From positions 1 to 31,952 of the forward strand of contig JBDRIM010000017.1 in NCBI GenBank assembly GCA_043816005.1: a DNA stretch of 31,952 bases, written 5' to 3'. Below are positions 19,090 to 28,380 of this stretch, piece after piece; position 1 is the first letter of the stretch; each line of letters opens with the position of its first letter. The notes under the pieces were generated by a model, which worked only from the letters and a program-made list of their open reading frames with translations, did not search any database and was not told where the DNA came from. Made by a program: the position numbers and the translations under genes. This DNA is from Candidatus Micrarchaeota archaeon. Lineage in GTDB: Archaea > Micrarchaeota > Micrarchaeia > Anstonellales > Bilamarchaeaceae.

Positions 19090-19482
19090 ATGAAAATATG
19101 CATTATTTGTCAAGCTACTGCAGACAGTAAATCTAGTACGCCAATAAAAGAGGACAAAGTCATACGAATCATACGTGCAATAAAGAAAAAATTAAATATA
19201 GCACAAATGAATGAACTTTACGTTTGTAAAAATGATTTGCAGAAACATTCTGAGAGAAGAAAATCATTTGAAAAAAGTGTAATGTTTGCGTCAATATTAG
19301 CAGGTATAATTCTTGTTGTAAGTGTTCTTTCAGTAGTATTATCTGGAAAATTCGAGTTGTGGGGGATAATTTCTGGTATTATGTTGGCTGGTATCATTAT
19401 GTTGCTTCCTGCATTCAAATACACACCAGCAATAGAAAATAAACAGACACCAAAAACAAAACAGAAAAAAAGGAAAGGGTGA
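19090..19482 (+). CDS. Small membrane protein with an N-terminal Cys-containing domain and two TM helices
   Basis: CIIC...YVC...H followed by two hydrophobic helices and a basic tail. Starts 4 nt after the ATPase stop. Confidence 0.75.
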   Translation: MKICIICQATADSKSSTPIKEDKVIRIIRAIKKKLNIAQMNELYVCKNDLQKHSERRKSFEKSVMFASILAGIILVVSVLSVVLSGKFELWGIISGIMLAGIIMLLPAFKYTPAIENKQTPKTKQKKRKG

Positions 19483-19487
19483 GTATA

Positions 19488-20249
19488 ATGGCCGGTGGAC
19501 AAACAGGACAACAAACAAAAGGAATAAAAGAGGAAGTACATCCGCCACAAGTCGATGGCTTTAAGATGAAAGGTAAACTTGTAAAAGGTAAACTAAAGGA
19601 TCTTGCAACTGTACTACGATCAGTATCTTTTCTTGAGATAGCACCAGAAAAAGATGTGTTAAATGTGCTATATGTTGAAAGTAGGGATATAAACAAAAAT
19701 CCTCATTTGTTCTCCATAATTAAGATAAGTGAAGACGAAGTTGATGTATTGTATACTATCCCTCCAGAAATAGGACCAAACAAACGTAAGATAGACGTAA
19801 TTAGGTATTTATTGAATATAGTGACATTGATAGAAACATCTTACCAAATAGATCAAAAAACCCTTTACCAGCTTCTTGAGAGTGCAATAAAGGACCTTAC
19901 AAGTTCGGTAAGTATAGATTACACAAAACTTTTCACTGCATATGACTCCCTGAAAAAACAAGTGGATGACTACAGAAAAAGGGTTGACAGACTCGCTGAA
20001 CAAAACCAAGCATTAACATCGCAAAACTATGAGCTGAAAACTCACAACGATGAACTAACACTAAGAGTAAAACAACTCGAAGGATTATCTGATAGTGCAC
20101 TTAAGGCAAAGCTTCAGGAATGGATAGTGGAACATAGTGGTGCTATGAATATGAATGAGTTTACAAAACTTTACAATGTTTCTGATGCAAGAATTGAAGA
20201 AATACTCAATAGATTAGTAAGTGAAGGCTACATTGAGATAGTCCAATAA
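19488..20249 (+). CDS. Cytoplasmic coiled-coil protein with a C-terminal winged-helix-like domain
   Basis: ATG 19488 follows GGGTGA. Heptad region YDSLKKQVDD...LRVKQLE; terminal MNMNEFTKLYNVSDARIEEILNRLVSEGYI. Confidence 0.8.
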   Translation: MAGGQTGQQTKGIKEEVHPPQVDGFKMKGKLVKGKLKDLATVLRSVSFLEIAPEKDVLNVLYVESRDINKNPHLFSIIKISEDEVDVLYTIPPEIGPNKRKIDVIRYLLNIVTLIETSYQIDQKTLYQLLESAIKDLTSSVSIDYTKLFTAYDSLKKQVDDYRKRVDRLAEQNQALTSQNYELKTHNDELTLRVKQLEGLSDSALKAKLQEWIVEHSGAMNMNEFTKLYNVSDARIEEILNRLVSEGYIEIVQ

Positions 20250-20259
20250 AGGTTTGTAT

Positions 20260-22815
20260 ATGCCAATTGGTACAAAAATAAGGAAAAAAACATACAATTT
20301 CGAAATCAAGAAAAGGTATCAGCACGTAAGTCACTATAGAGTAAAGGAACGCCCTCCAATTGAAAAAATAAAAGAGACGTTAAAGCAGATAATCCAGGGA
20401 GGGAAAAAAGATAAAAAAGAGCACCTTACAGAAAAGGCACCACCAGGTGGATTTAATTTTATTGTTTTTGGAGGATTTGCATTAATTGCACTTATAATAC
20501 TCGGTGTTGGATGGGCATTTATTAGCACACAAATTCTTCAGCCTGGAACTGGGTTAGATCAAGCACCTGAAAAACCAGAGATAATAAATACTATAATTAG
20601 CGGAGAGGTTATAACAACAGGCCTAAAAAACAATCAAAAACAGATTGCAGCGGTTTTCATAGATTATGACACTAAAAGTATAGACAATTACACCATAGAC
20701 TTAACCACCTACGATCAAAAAATACCATCAGAGGTATTTATATTAGCAGGAGAAAAATTTGAGGCTGATAGCTACCCTGAGTTCTTACGAACACTTAGGT
20801 ATGATCTTAGTAAGAGAAAAATAACTTTAAATGATATAACAATAAAACAGCTTGAAACTTTACCTCAAGGTGCAATAGTCGTAATCCCAAGCGGAGTAAT
20901 ACCAAAAGAGATGCTTGGAGTAGATAGTTTAATTACCATGGATAAATTAGCTGGAAGAGGCGTGGTGGTAATATACATAGGACAACCATTTACAAAAATG
21001 CTAAATGGAACACTAGTTATACCAACACCAAAAACAATTAGAGACAACCTTCCCATTGGATTTGATGAATCAAGTTCTATATCTTCAACTTCGGAGGTAC
21101 GTGTTTACCAGCCGTTATATCTCGTAGGAAGCCGTAGTGGCTGGAGTACGGGTGTGATCTATGGTTCAGTAAGCATAGCAACAAAAGGAGATGGGGCATT
21201 TATATTTTTCCCACAAACTCTTGATGGAGGATGGAGAGGAGATTACACCAGCGCTGCTGAGGACGTAGAAAAAATAATATATGAAACAGCATGGGCAGAA
21301 AAAAGCTCGGAACATAAATTATATTTATTTGATGGTCAAACAGATTACAATGGAACCAAATATTTTTTCTCAGAACCTTTTACAAATCCAAATATAACAG
21401 TGAAAGTTGATTTTATTGGATATTCAAAAACCTCGAACTACCCAATATATGAAACAGCATTCACAAGATTAAATTTAAAGAATGATAATCAAATGTTCAT
21501 AGAATTTGGTGGAAAAATTGTTCCAACAAATATAACCGACAATCCAACTAGAATGAATGCAATCCTCAAAGAACCACAAGCAGCTCAACCAAGTATGTCA
21601 ATAATCATAGAGGATATTAACAAAAGTAATGCACAAGAATTGCCCCAGGGAAATGTAAACACACAATCAGACAGATCTTTCGATGTTAGAATATACGTAG
21701 ATAAAGGAGAATATATAGTGAAGCTAGTTGATGATACTGGATACGTATATACGCAAACATATATGAAAATAATAACTCCAGAGATAGAATATACGGGAAC
21801 AGTACACCAGAAACCATCTATGTACTTGTTCTCTGTTACTAGGGATGGTGTACCCCTAAAGCTTGATGAAATAACTGTAAAAGTTGATGGAGGAGAATAT
21901 GGCACATACACCATCCAGAATATGGATAATTTTGTAATAGATGTTGGAAGTTTCACTGGAAATGAAAAACTTCCTTTCGGAGATCATGAATTTGAATTCA
22001 CTTCGGGTAAACTTAATAAAAAAATCACAGTTACTCACTACCGCACTCCATCTCCATTAGAAAACCCAGTTGTGTGGCTTGTTGTTATTTTTACAGGTGG
22101 AATAATAGCAGTTGGTGTAGTCTTCGCAAGACAGGATACGATTTATTATGCAATAGATATACCAGACTTCCCTCCAACTGCAAAAACAAAAATAGGAATG
22201 AGTAGTGATGAAATAATTGGCATTTTTGATAAAGTAAATGAAACTTACAGATGGCAAAATACACCACTCACTGCAGGCGAAATTAAAAACGGCTTCAAAG
22301 GGGTACTGCACAAAGGTAAACCAGTATATATAACAGATTATAATGTCGAATTCATACTTCATGAACTTGAGAGAAGAGAATTAGTGAAGGAAGCGATGGG
22401 TTATTACGGAAGAACAGAATGGGGAGAAAATAGTGGCCATTCTATGGAATACCTTGCACTCATGCGTAAACTCAGGGATATATGTGTAAATAATGCAGTC
22501 CCATTTACTCAAATTGATGAATCAAAACATGCTGATAGTGTGTTGACACTTATGGGTCAACAGATGTATTTGCATTTTTACGAAAGAACAGCAAAATCAG
22601 AAGATGTGCTCAAAAAAGTACTGCTCACGATAAAGAGTGGGATTACGATAATTTTGTTCAAGAACCAATTTGATAAGAACCATTTCACGAATTTCATAGA
22701 TTCGTCCCCATCTATCGTTCCATTAATCCTGAAGATGGAAGTAGATGGTAGTTCAGTAATATATCATACTACTGATGAACTTGAAAAGATGCTTATTGAA
22801 TTCAAATCAATGTAG
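20260..22815 (+). CDS. Large two-TM membrane protein with a ~510-aa beta-rich extracellular region and a cytoplasmic C-terminal domain
   Basis: TM1 FIVFGGFALIALIILGVGWAFI and TM2 VVWLVVIFTGGIIAVGVVF. ATG 20260 is preferred over TTG 20254. Confidence 0.85.
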   Translation: MPIGTKIRKKTYNFEIKKRYQHVSHYRVKERPPIEKIKETLKQIIQGGKKDKKEHLTEKAPPGGFNFIVFGGFALIALIILGVGWAFISTQILQPGTGLDQAPEKPEIINTIISGEVITTGLKNNQKQIAAVFIDYDTKSIDNYTIDLTTYDQKIPSEVFILAGEKFEADSYPEFLRTLRYDLSKRKITLNDITIKQLETLPQGAIVVIPSGVIPKEMLGVDSLITMDKLAGRGVVVIYIGQPFTKMLNGTLVIPTPKTIRDNLPIGFDESSSISSTSEVRVYQPLYLVGSRSGWSTGVIYGSVSIATKGDGAFIFFPQTLDGGWRGDYTSAAEDVEKIIYETAWAEKSSEHKLYLFDGQTDYNGTKYFFSEPFTNPNITVKVDFIGYSKTSNYPIYETAFTRLNLKNDNQMFIEFGGKIVPTNITDNPTRMNAILKEPQAAQPSMSIIIEDINKSNAQELPQGNVNTQSDRSFDVRIYVDKGEYIVKLVDDTGYVYTQTYMKIITPEIEYTGTVHQKPSMYLFSVTRDGVPLKLDEITVKVDGGEYGTYTIQNMDNFVIDVGSFTGNEKLPFGDHEFEFTSGKLNKKITVTHYRTPSPLENPVVWLVVIFTGGIIAVGVVFARQDTIYYAIDIPDFPPTAKTKIGMSSDEIIGIFDKVNETYRWQNTPLTAGEIKNGFKGVLHKGKPVYITDYNVEFILHELERRELVKEAMGYYGRTEWGENSGHSMEYLALMRKLRDICVNNAVPFTQIDESKHADSVLTLMGQQMYLHFYERTAKSEDVLKKVLLTIKSGITIILFKNQFDKNHFTNFIDSSPSIVPLILKMEVDGSSVIYHTTDELEKMLIEFKSM

Positions 22816-22973
22816 TTTTTATTTATTGAACTCGCCTATAAGCTCGTTGTGAGAAACAGACAAATTTTTAGGTAAGTTTTCTTACTCTCACATTTGGGAT
22901 GTTATTTGAACATATATATGAGAATCACTCTCGATTAATACAAGCGAATAAAAAAATTAGATAAATATAAAAA

Positions 22974-25970
22974 TTAAGAATATTCCCAGCAATCTACTGA
23001 ACCAATTTCAAATGGTTTGAAACAACCATGTCCGTCAGCATCTATTACTGCATGTATCTCACCAGTAAATCCTGGAGATCCAGTAATTGTAAATCTAACG
23101 CCATCATTGTCACTTACAGGATCAATATATCCTGCTGTTGGAGGAGTCATTGACCAAACAATATTTGGTGGAGATGTACATGGAATATCGCCATCAGGAC
23201 CGCACATTATACCAACCCATTCAGTCTGCCCAGGCACAAAAACCATTGGACTTGGACCAAGTATTCTGCAATCATCACTATCTCCTTCATCACAATGCGG
23301 ACCTACACATTCATCCTCGGGTTCATCTGTAACAGTCACATGTGAGATGTCAATAGCGCCAAGGATAGGTGAAACTGCACTATTGAAAAGTGCAACAACT
23401 AATACATCGCCATCAGTTTCAGCAGCTGGAGCACCATAATCAACACCAGTTACTGATTCTCCGCTTAAACCACCAACAAGACCATTTTGAAGATAATAAT
23501 CTGCGTCATCTGGTTCGGCTAGCTCACCTTGTTCAGTGCAAGCAAGATCAAAGTGTTGTGAAGTTGAGAAATTCATCGTAACACTGTTTGGAGTAAGATC
23601 ACAAACGAACACTGGTGTTACAACAGTAATATCAGAGAAACAAATTGCTTCTTCAGATCTGTAAAATAAAGCACCTTCTGAACCAACAGGCGATGTTGGA
23701 TAAGCCCATGCATGTAGATTATCTGTCTCTGCATCAACAAACCCACCTGTTATACCATCCCAATACCAGTTATCACCGATACATGGAACTGGATCTCCGA
23801 CTACATTCAGACAGGTAACCAGAAATTCTGCTACTTCATATGGACCATATTCAAGTGTAGATGGAGATATTCCACAAGACATTGGAGTAGTTAAACTTGG
23901 CACATAGATATGAGAAGTATCATATGCACCTACCACTAATGAATTTGGAACTGGATAATTACCACTGCCAAAAAGATCACCATCTGTTTCATGGTTTGGA
24001 GACGTATAATCAACACCAGCTGGTGACTCGCCACCAAGGCTGCCATCTAAAGTAGGGATTAGAAGATAATCAGCACCAGTAGGAACCACTGGATCCCCAT
24101 CTAATGTACAACTTAAATTGAAATGCTGTAAAGTTGATTGATTCATAATAACATCATCAGGTACAAGATCGCAAATTAAACGTGCATCGATAACAGTAAC
24201 ATTTGATTGACAATTTGCTTCTCCTGATTCAAACTGTAATTGACCAGACGATGGGACTGGAGTACCAAGACCGATGTAGGCAGTTGTATAACTGGCATTT
24301 GTATCATTACTGAATTCGCCTGTAATTCCAGCCCATGCCCAGTTATCTTTATCGCCAGTACATGGAATCACTACACCAAGTGAATTTGTACATGTTGCAG
24401 TGAATATTACACCCTCACCAGGACCATAGGAAACATTTGGAGGCTGTATTTCACATGAAGTTGGAATGTTTGCTGCAGTTAGAGTATCAACATTTGCATA
24501 GCAGTATGCTATTCCAGGTGACCCTGATTCGTATCTAAGTGTACCATGTAAACCAGGTGCAGCTGTTGGAGTTGTTAAAGTGTATGAACTTGTTTTTGTA
24601 GCAAATGTTCCAAAAGATGATGGTGACCAGGTCCAATCTGAACCGATACATGAAATTGGAGTGTGGTCAAGTCTTGAACAGCTAACATTAAACCTTGATT
24701 GAGTAAATTGAGGAATATCTGCAGATGATGGATCTACTTCACAGAAAACATTGCTTGTAAGTGGAACTGAAACTGAACATGTTCCTGCATCACCACAGCT
24801 ACCAGCCGTTGAAACTGCGTTGATTGTGAGTGTTGTTGTTCCGCTCGGTGGAGAGAGATCATAAACAAAAATAATGGCAGCTCGAGTAGCACCAGGGGCA
24901 ATTGTTGTATTAAAACCAGAACCACCATTTAATGCACATATAAAATTTATTCCGAGGGCAGTGCATAGTTCTGAAGTAATAGGTACAGCAACATAATCTG
25001 TATTAGAACTAGTAACACCAGTTAGTTGAACCCCACTAGCACCATCATTTCTTACACTAACGAAAATCGAAGAAGCTGCAGTATCGCCTCCAGAATAATA
25101 TGCGCTAGTTGAAGTTCTAGTTATATCACATGGTTCTGAAGCAGCTTGGACATTTAATGTTATTGTATTAGTTGCAGTTGGTGATGGTATTGCAGGCCTA
25201 TTGGCTGCATAAAACTGGAGATAGAATAATTGTGGATAATCATAAAAGTTTGTTGGATGTTTAATCACAGCACTAAAACAATCAATATTCTCAAGTTGTG
25301 TTCTAATCTGATAGCCACCAGGATTATTTAGTGTGAATGTTGGATTTGTAGATGATGTTGGAGTCTGAGTTGTGCTGGATATTCCTGCATTTACCCTCAA
25401 TGTCCCTTTACAATCAACTGCAACTTCAGCTTCTTTATTTGGATAGGTATCCCCACCTTCTATGTGATATGTAACCCTTTGATTATGAAATACGAGAGGG
25501 ATATAATAATCTGTGATTATACCTGCTATATTTGATCCATCGGCATAACCATTGATAGTATTAGTATATGCACCAGAATGGGCAGATGTAATTGAATCGA
25601 AGGTTGCGGCTGTGAGCCATTTAATATTTCTATTTGTAGACACTGAATTTTTAGTAACCATAACTGGACAGCCAGCCCCATTACAAACTGGATATAACAC
25701 ATCAGCAGAAAAATCAGGAGTTGCCCAATATGCATTAACAGCAGGATTAACAGTAATAATTGTGCCAGGGCAAATAATACTTCCACTTGCAAGATTGCTT
25801 GGAGTTCCAGAAACAACATCTTCTGCTGGTGCTGAAACAACCATACTTGTCGTGAATTGCATGTCAGTAACAATAGTATATCCATAACTTAATTGATTGA
25901 AAACGGCATTGTTTACATTAGATGAGAATATCGTAGAAATTAATAAAATAAAAATAAATAGGTTTTTCAT
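22974..25970 (-). CDS. Secreted 998-aa Cys-rich protein with tandem Ig-like repeats (putative adhesin/surface protein)
   Basis: ATG 25970 follows GAGGGG and gives signal peptide MKNLFIFILLISTIFS. Six ~90-95-aa C-x3-P...F-x3-C repeats occupy the C-terminal 60%. Confidence 0.85.
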   Translation of the reverse strand: MKNLFIFILLISTIFSSNVNNAVFNQLSYGYTIVTDMQFTTSMVVSAPAEDVVSGTPSNLASGSIICPGTIITVNPAVNAYWATPDFSADVLYPVCNGAGCPVMVTKNSVSTNRNIKWLTAATFDSITSAHSGAYTNTINGYADGSNIAGIITDYYIPLVFHNQRVTYHIEGGDTYPNKEAEVAVDCKGTLRVNAGISSTTQTPTSSTNPTFTLNNPGGYQIRTQLENIDCFSAVIKHPTNFYDYPQLFYLQFYAANRPAIPSPTATNTITLNVQAASEPCDITRTSTSAYYSGGDTAASSIFVSVRNDGASGVQLTGVTSSNTDYVAVPITSELCTALGINFICALNGGSGFNTTIAPGATRAAIIFVYDLSPPSGTTTLTINAVSTAGSCGDAGTCSVSVPLTSNVFCEVDPSSADIPQFTQSRFNVSCSRLDHTPISCIGSDWTWSPSSFGTFATKTSSYTLTTPTAAPGLHGTLRYESGSPGIAYCYANVDTLTAANIPTSCEIQPPNVSYGPGEGVIFTATCTNSLGVVIPCTGDKDNWAWAGITGEFSNDTNASYTTAYIGLGTPVPSSGQLQFESGEANCQSNVTVIDARLICDLVPDDVIMNQSTLQHFNLSCTLDGDPVVPTGADYLLIPTLDGSLGGESPAGVDYTSPNHETDGDLFGSGNYPVPNSLVVGAYDTSHIYVPSLTTPMSCGISPSTLEYGPYEVAEFLVTCLNVVGDPVPCIGDNWYWDGITGGFVDAETDNLHAWAYPTSPVGSEGALFYRSEEAICFSDITVVTPVFVCDLTPNSVTMNFSTSQHFDLACTEQGELAEPDDADYYLQNGLVGGLSGESVTGVDYGAPAAETDGDVLVVALFNSAVSPILGAIDISHVTVTDEPEDECVGPHCDEGDSDDCRILGPSPMVFVPGQTEWVGIMCGPDGDIPCTSPPNIVWSMTPPTAGYIDPVSDNDGVRFTITGSPGFTGEIHAVIDADGHGCFKPFEIGSVDCWEYS

Positions 25971-25971
25971 G

Positions 25972-28194
25972 TTAGTCCCCTCGTTTTGGTGTGAATACAT
26001 CTGGGAAGTTCTTTGCTAGGCCACGTAAATGTGTAAAACCAACGCTAAATTGACCTGCTTTAAGAGCAGCAATTGCAGCAACATATTCCGGATCTGCAAT
26101 TATTCTGTCTGCTTCGGATGAATCACGAATATTTTGTTCTAACAAAACTGCAGTCTGTACAGCTATAGCCTCTCCTGCTGCACTATTAATTAACGTCACA
26201 GGTTGACGTGAAAATGTTTCAGCAGTAGCATAAATTTCACCGATAGCTTTTGATTCTGCTAATTTAGTTGGGACTGCAGAAGAACTGCCTGGAAATAAGA
26301 ATCTAGCTGAAAGACCAGCATGTGGAGTCCCATGTGGTGCGATACCGTCTACATGAGCATAACCACCAGATGCTGTTAACTGAAGCCAATCTTTATATGC
26401 CCAGGTTAAAGCACCTCCAACACCCCAATGTACCAGTGTTCTTTGTGCTTCGCTTTGTGTAATTTCTGCAACAACTTCCCCAGTAGGACCAAACATAATT
26501 ACATGATCACCGGTACGGAAAACAAAATTAACTGGTTCTCCCCTTATACTAAGAGGAACAGTTACATTACCATCAATAGTACTATCAATACCAAGTGATG
26601 CATCAAATCTTGCATTACCAACTATAGCAAAAGCAGAAGATTCATAGTAAGTACCTTCACCCTTGGCATATATGGAAACTTGATCTACAAAGTTTTTTGA
26701 ATCAGTAGAACCAGTAAATTCTGCACCAATTCCGCTAAGCCTGAATAATTGACGCTCTCTTTGACCTGGTAAATTAAATTCAATACCAGTTGGACCGAGA
26801 ATAAATGCAGAATGACCAAGATCCACCTTTTGCTTCACTAAGTTACCCTCCCTATCACGTACATCTACTTCAGCAGACTCTAATTTCCATGTTCTAAACC
26901 CAGGTTGAGCATAAAGAATAATATTGTATGGAAATGGTCCACTACCAAGGAAACCAGGACTGGTACCAGAAAGGTACGCTTCCACGACACCTAAGATATC
27001 ATGTCCTTCCCCACTTAATTGTCTAGTTGCACTATCATCACGGGTTACTTCCAGCTTTGGATCTAGAGTACCCCCATAATCAACACGGTAGGTTTCCTGT
27101 CTACCTTGATACTGATTGTATTTATAACGAGCACCAAGATCAAGCCGAGTAAATCCAAAAAATTGAGCACTTGTTGGATCTATTGCTGCTTTTGCTTTTT
27201 CGAATTCTGCATCACTATCAAATTTGATTGTAAATACCAAATTCACATCAATCCAATTTATTGCACGATTGTCTACAGTAACTACGGTAAACCTATCAAG
27301 ATTTTGGAATAACGAACCAAGAGCACCAACCTTAGATAATTCTAACAATGCTGTCCTTAAATCGCCATCTTTTAATGCTTGTTTGGCAGCTTGAAAATTA
27401 GGATTGTTAGCTACATTTGGATTGTTTTGTAATGGAGCTATAGAGCTCTTAAGTGCAGAGATTGCAGCAGCTTCATCTCCTTTAGTTGCATATGCTCTAA
27501 GACCAGTAACAACTGCATCAGCAAAATTTCCTGCATCTTGTTCCACGCCACCAAAAGAAGAGACAAGTTGGTTAGGTGGTATAACCACAGGAGAAAATCC
27601 TTGGCTACTACCAGCAGTTCTTACAACCACACTCCTATTTTTATCAGCAGTTGGGATTCTAAGATAATCTTCAGAACCAGCAGATGCAACAGTAGTAACA
27701 CCAACAGTTCCAGCTGTAGCAAATGGTGTTTGTCGACTTAGATTTCTTGTTAGTTGTGCCGAACTCGATAGAACTCGTGGACTGCTGTAAGTAAGATACT
27801 CACTGTCACGATTCGAAACGCCTCTTGATATTTCTAGAAGAGTATTTTCAAGTTCATTAGCAACTTTTTCGTTACCTACATCACTTCTGCAAGTTATTTT
27901 AGTTGATAATTCTTTCAGTAAATCAACATGTAGTAGTTGTAATGCATAGACTGCATGATCTGCGTCACCTTCACCAATGACTTTAACTGCCTGATCATAG
28001 ATTTTTCTTTCAGCAGTCCCCTCTTTAGGTTGACCTGCTCTAAGAAATTTAATCATATTATGAACTGAAATAAATTGGCTACTGCTATGAGAAGGACTTC
28101 CTTCAAGAAGAATTCCGGGTGATTTTCCCCATTGTGCAGTAATTGCATTAAATCCGTTTACATCCTGTTTCGGCTCATCGTGTTTTTGTGCCAT
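25972..28194 (-). CDS. 740-aa orphan protein with helical ends and a central amphipathic beta-strand (barrel-like) region
   Basis: Long ORF with a GGTGA ribosome-binding site. Alternating hydrophobic/polar strands span residues ~300-635. Confidence 0.85.
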   Translation of the reverse strand: MAQKHDEPKQDVNGFNAITAQWGKSPGILLEGSPSHSSSQFISVHNMIKFLRAGQPKEGTAERKIYDQAVKVIGEGDADHAVYALQLLHVDLLKELSTKITCRSDVGNEKVANELENTLLEISRGVSNRDSEYLTYSSPRVLSSSAQLTRNLSRQTPFATAGTVGVTTVASAGSEDYLRIPTADKNRSVVVRTAGSSQGFSPVVIPPNQLVSSFGGVEQDAGNFADAVVTGLRAYATKGDEAAAISALKSSIAPLQNNPNVANNPNFQAAKQALKDGDLRTALLELSKVGALGSLFQNLDRFTVVTVDNRAINWIDVNLVFTIKFDSDAEFEKAKAAIDPTSAQFFGFTRLDLGARYKYNQYQGRQETYRVDYGGTLDPKLEVTRDDSATRQLSGEGHDILGVVEAYLSGTSPGFLGSGPFPYNIILYAQPGFRTWKLESAEVDVRDREGNLVKQKVDLGHSAFILGPTGIEFNLPGQRERQLFRLSGIGAEFTGSTDSKNFVDQVSIYAKGEGTYYESSAFAIVGNARFDASLGIDSTIDGNVTVPLSIRGEPVNFVFRTGDHVIMFGPTGEVVAEITQSEAQRTLVHWGVGGALTWAYKDWLQLTASGGYAHVDGIAPHGTPHAGLSARFLFPGSSSAVPTKLAESKAIGEIYATAETFSRQPVTLINSAAGEAIAVQTAVLLEQNIRDSSEADRIIADPEYVAAIAALKAGQFSVGFTHLRGLAKNFPDVFTPKRGD

Positions 28195-28200
28195 ATTTAG

Positions 28201-28368
28201 TCACCTTATAGTGAATGCTAATGGTATTGGAGTCCCAACATTAAATAATAACTCCGGTGAAACAACAAGAGCCCCAAAAAACGCTGCAAATGCGGCTGAT
28301 TTCATCACCCGGTGTGGTTTTGCCCCACCATCCGCAACGATTGGATTTTTTGTAGTTATTTTAGTCAT
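28201..28368 (-). CDS. 55-aa hydrophobic peptide (MTKITTKNPIVADGGAKPHRVMKSAAFAAFFGALVVSPELLFNVGTPIPLAFTIR); absent from the ORF track
   Basis: Strong GGAGGTG ribosome-binding site. It fills the gap between two co-oriented genes and has a basic region followed by a hydrophobic stretch. Confidence 0.7.
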   Translation of the reverse strand: MTKITTKNPIVADGGAKPHRVMKSAAFAAFFGALVVSPELLFNVGTPIPLAFTIR

Positions 28369-28380
28369 GCTACCCACCTC

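Noticed and set aside
17505..20280. Shared MPIG N-terminus of the ATPase and the large membrane protein
   Set aside because: A four-residue match with no further similarity, so it is likely coincidental.
16690..22815. Integrated conjugative element, type IV pilus/archaellum locus, or HerA-NurA repair operon
   Set aside because: No integrase, relaxase, att repeats, class III signal peptides, TadC/ArlJ platform, NurA, Mre11 or Rad50 were seen. The ATPase motifs are HerA/VirB4-type, not PilB/ArlI-type.
22816..22973. Small RNA in the convergent intergenic gap
   Set aside because: It contains only short inverted repeats (TGTGAGA/TCTCACA, GTAAG/CTTAC) and T-tracts on both strands, which is consistent with termination signals or chance.
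28201..28203. Genome-wide stop-codon reassignment
   Set aside because: TGA, TAG and TAA all end conserved genes at the expected positions elsewhere in the window (e.g. TGA after the PAC2 HbYX tail).
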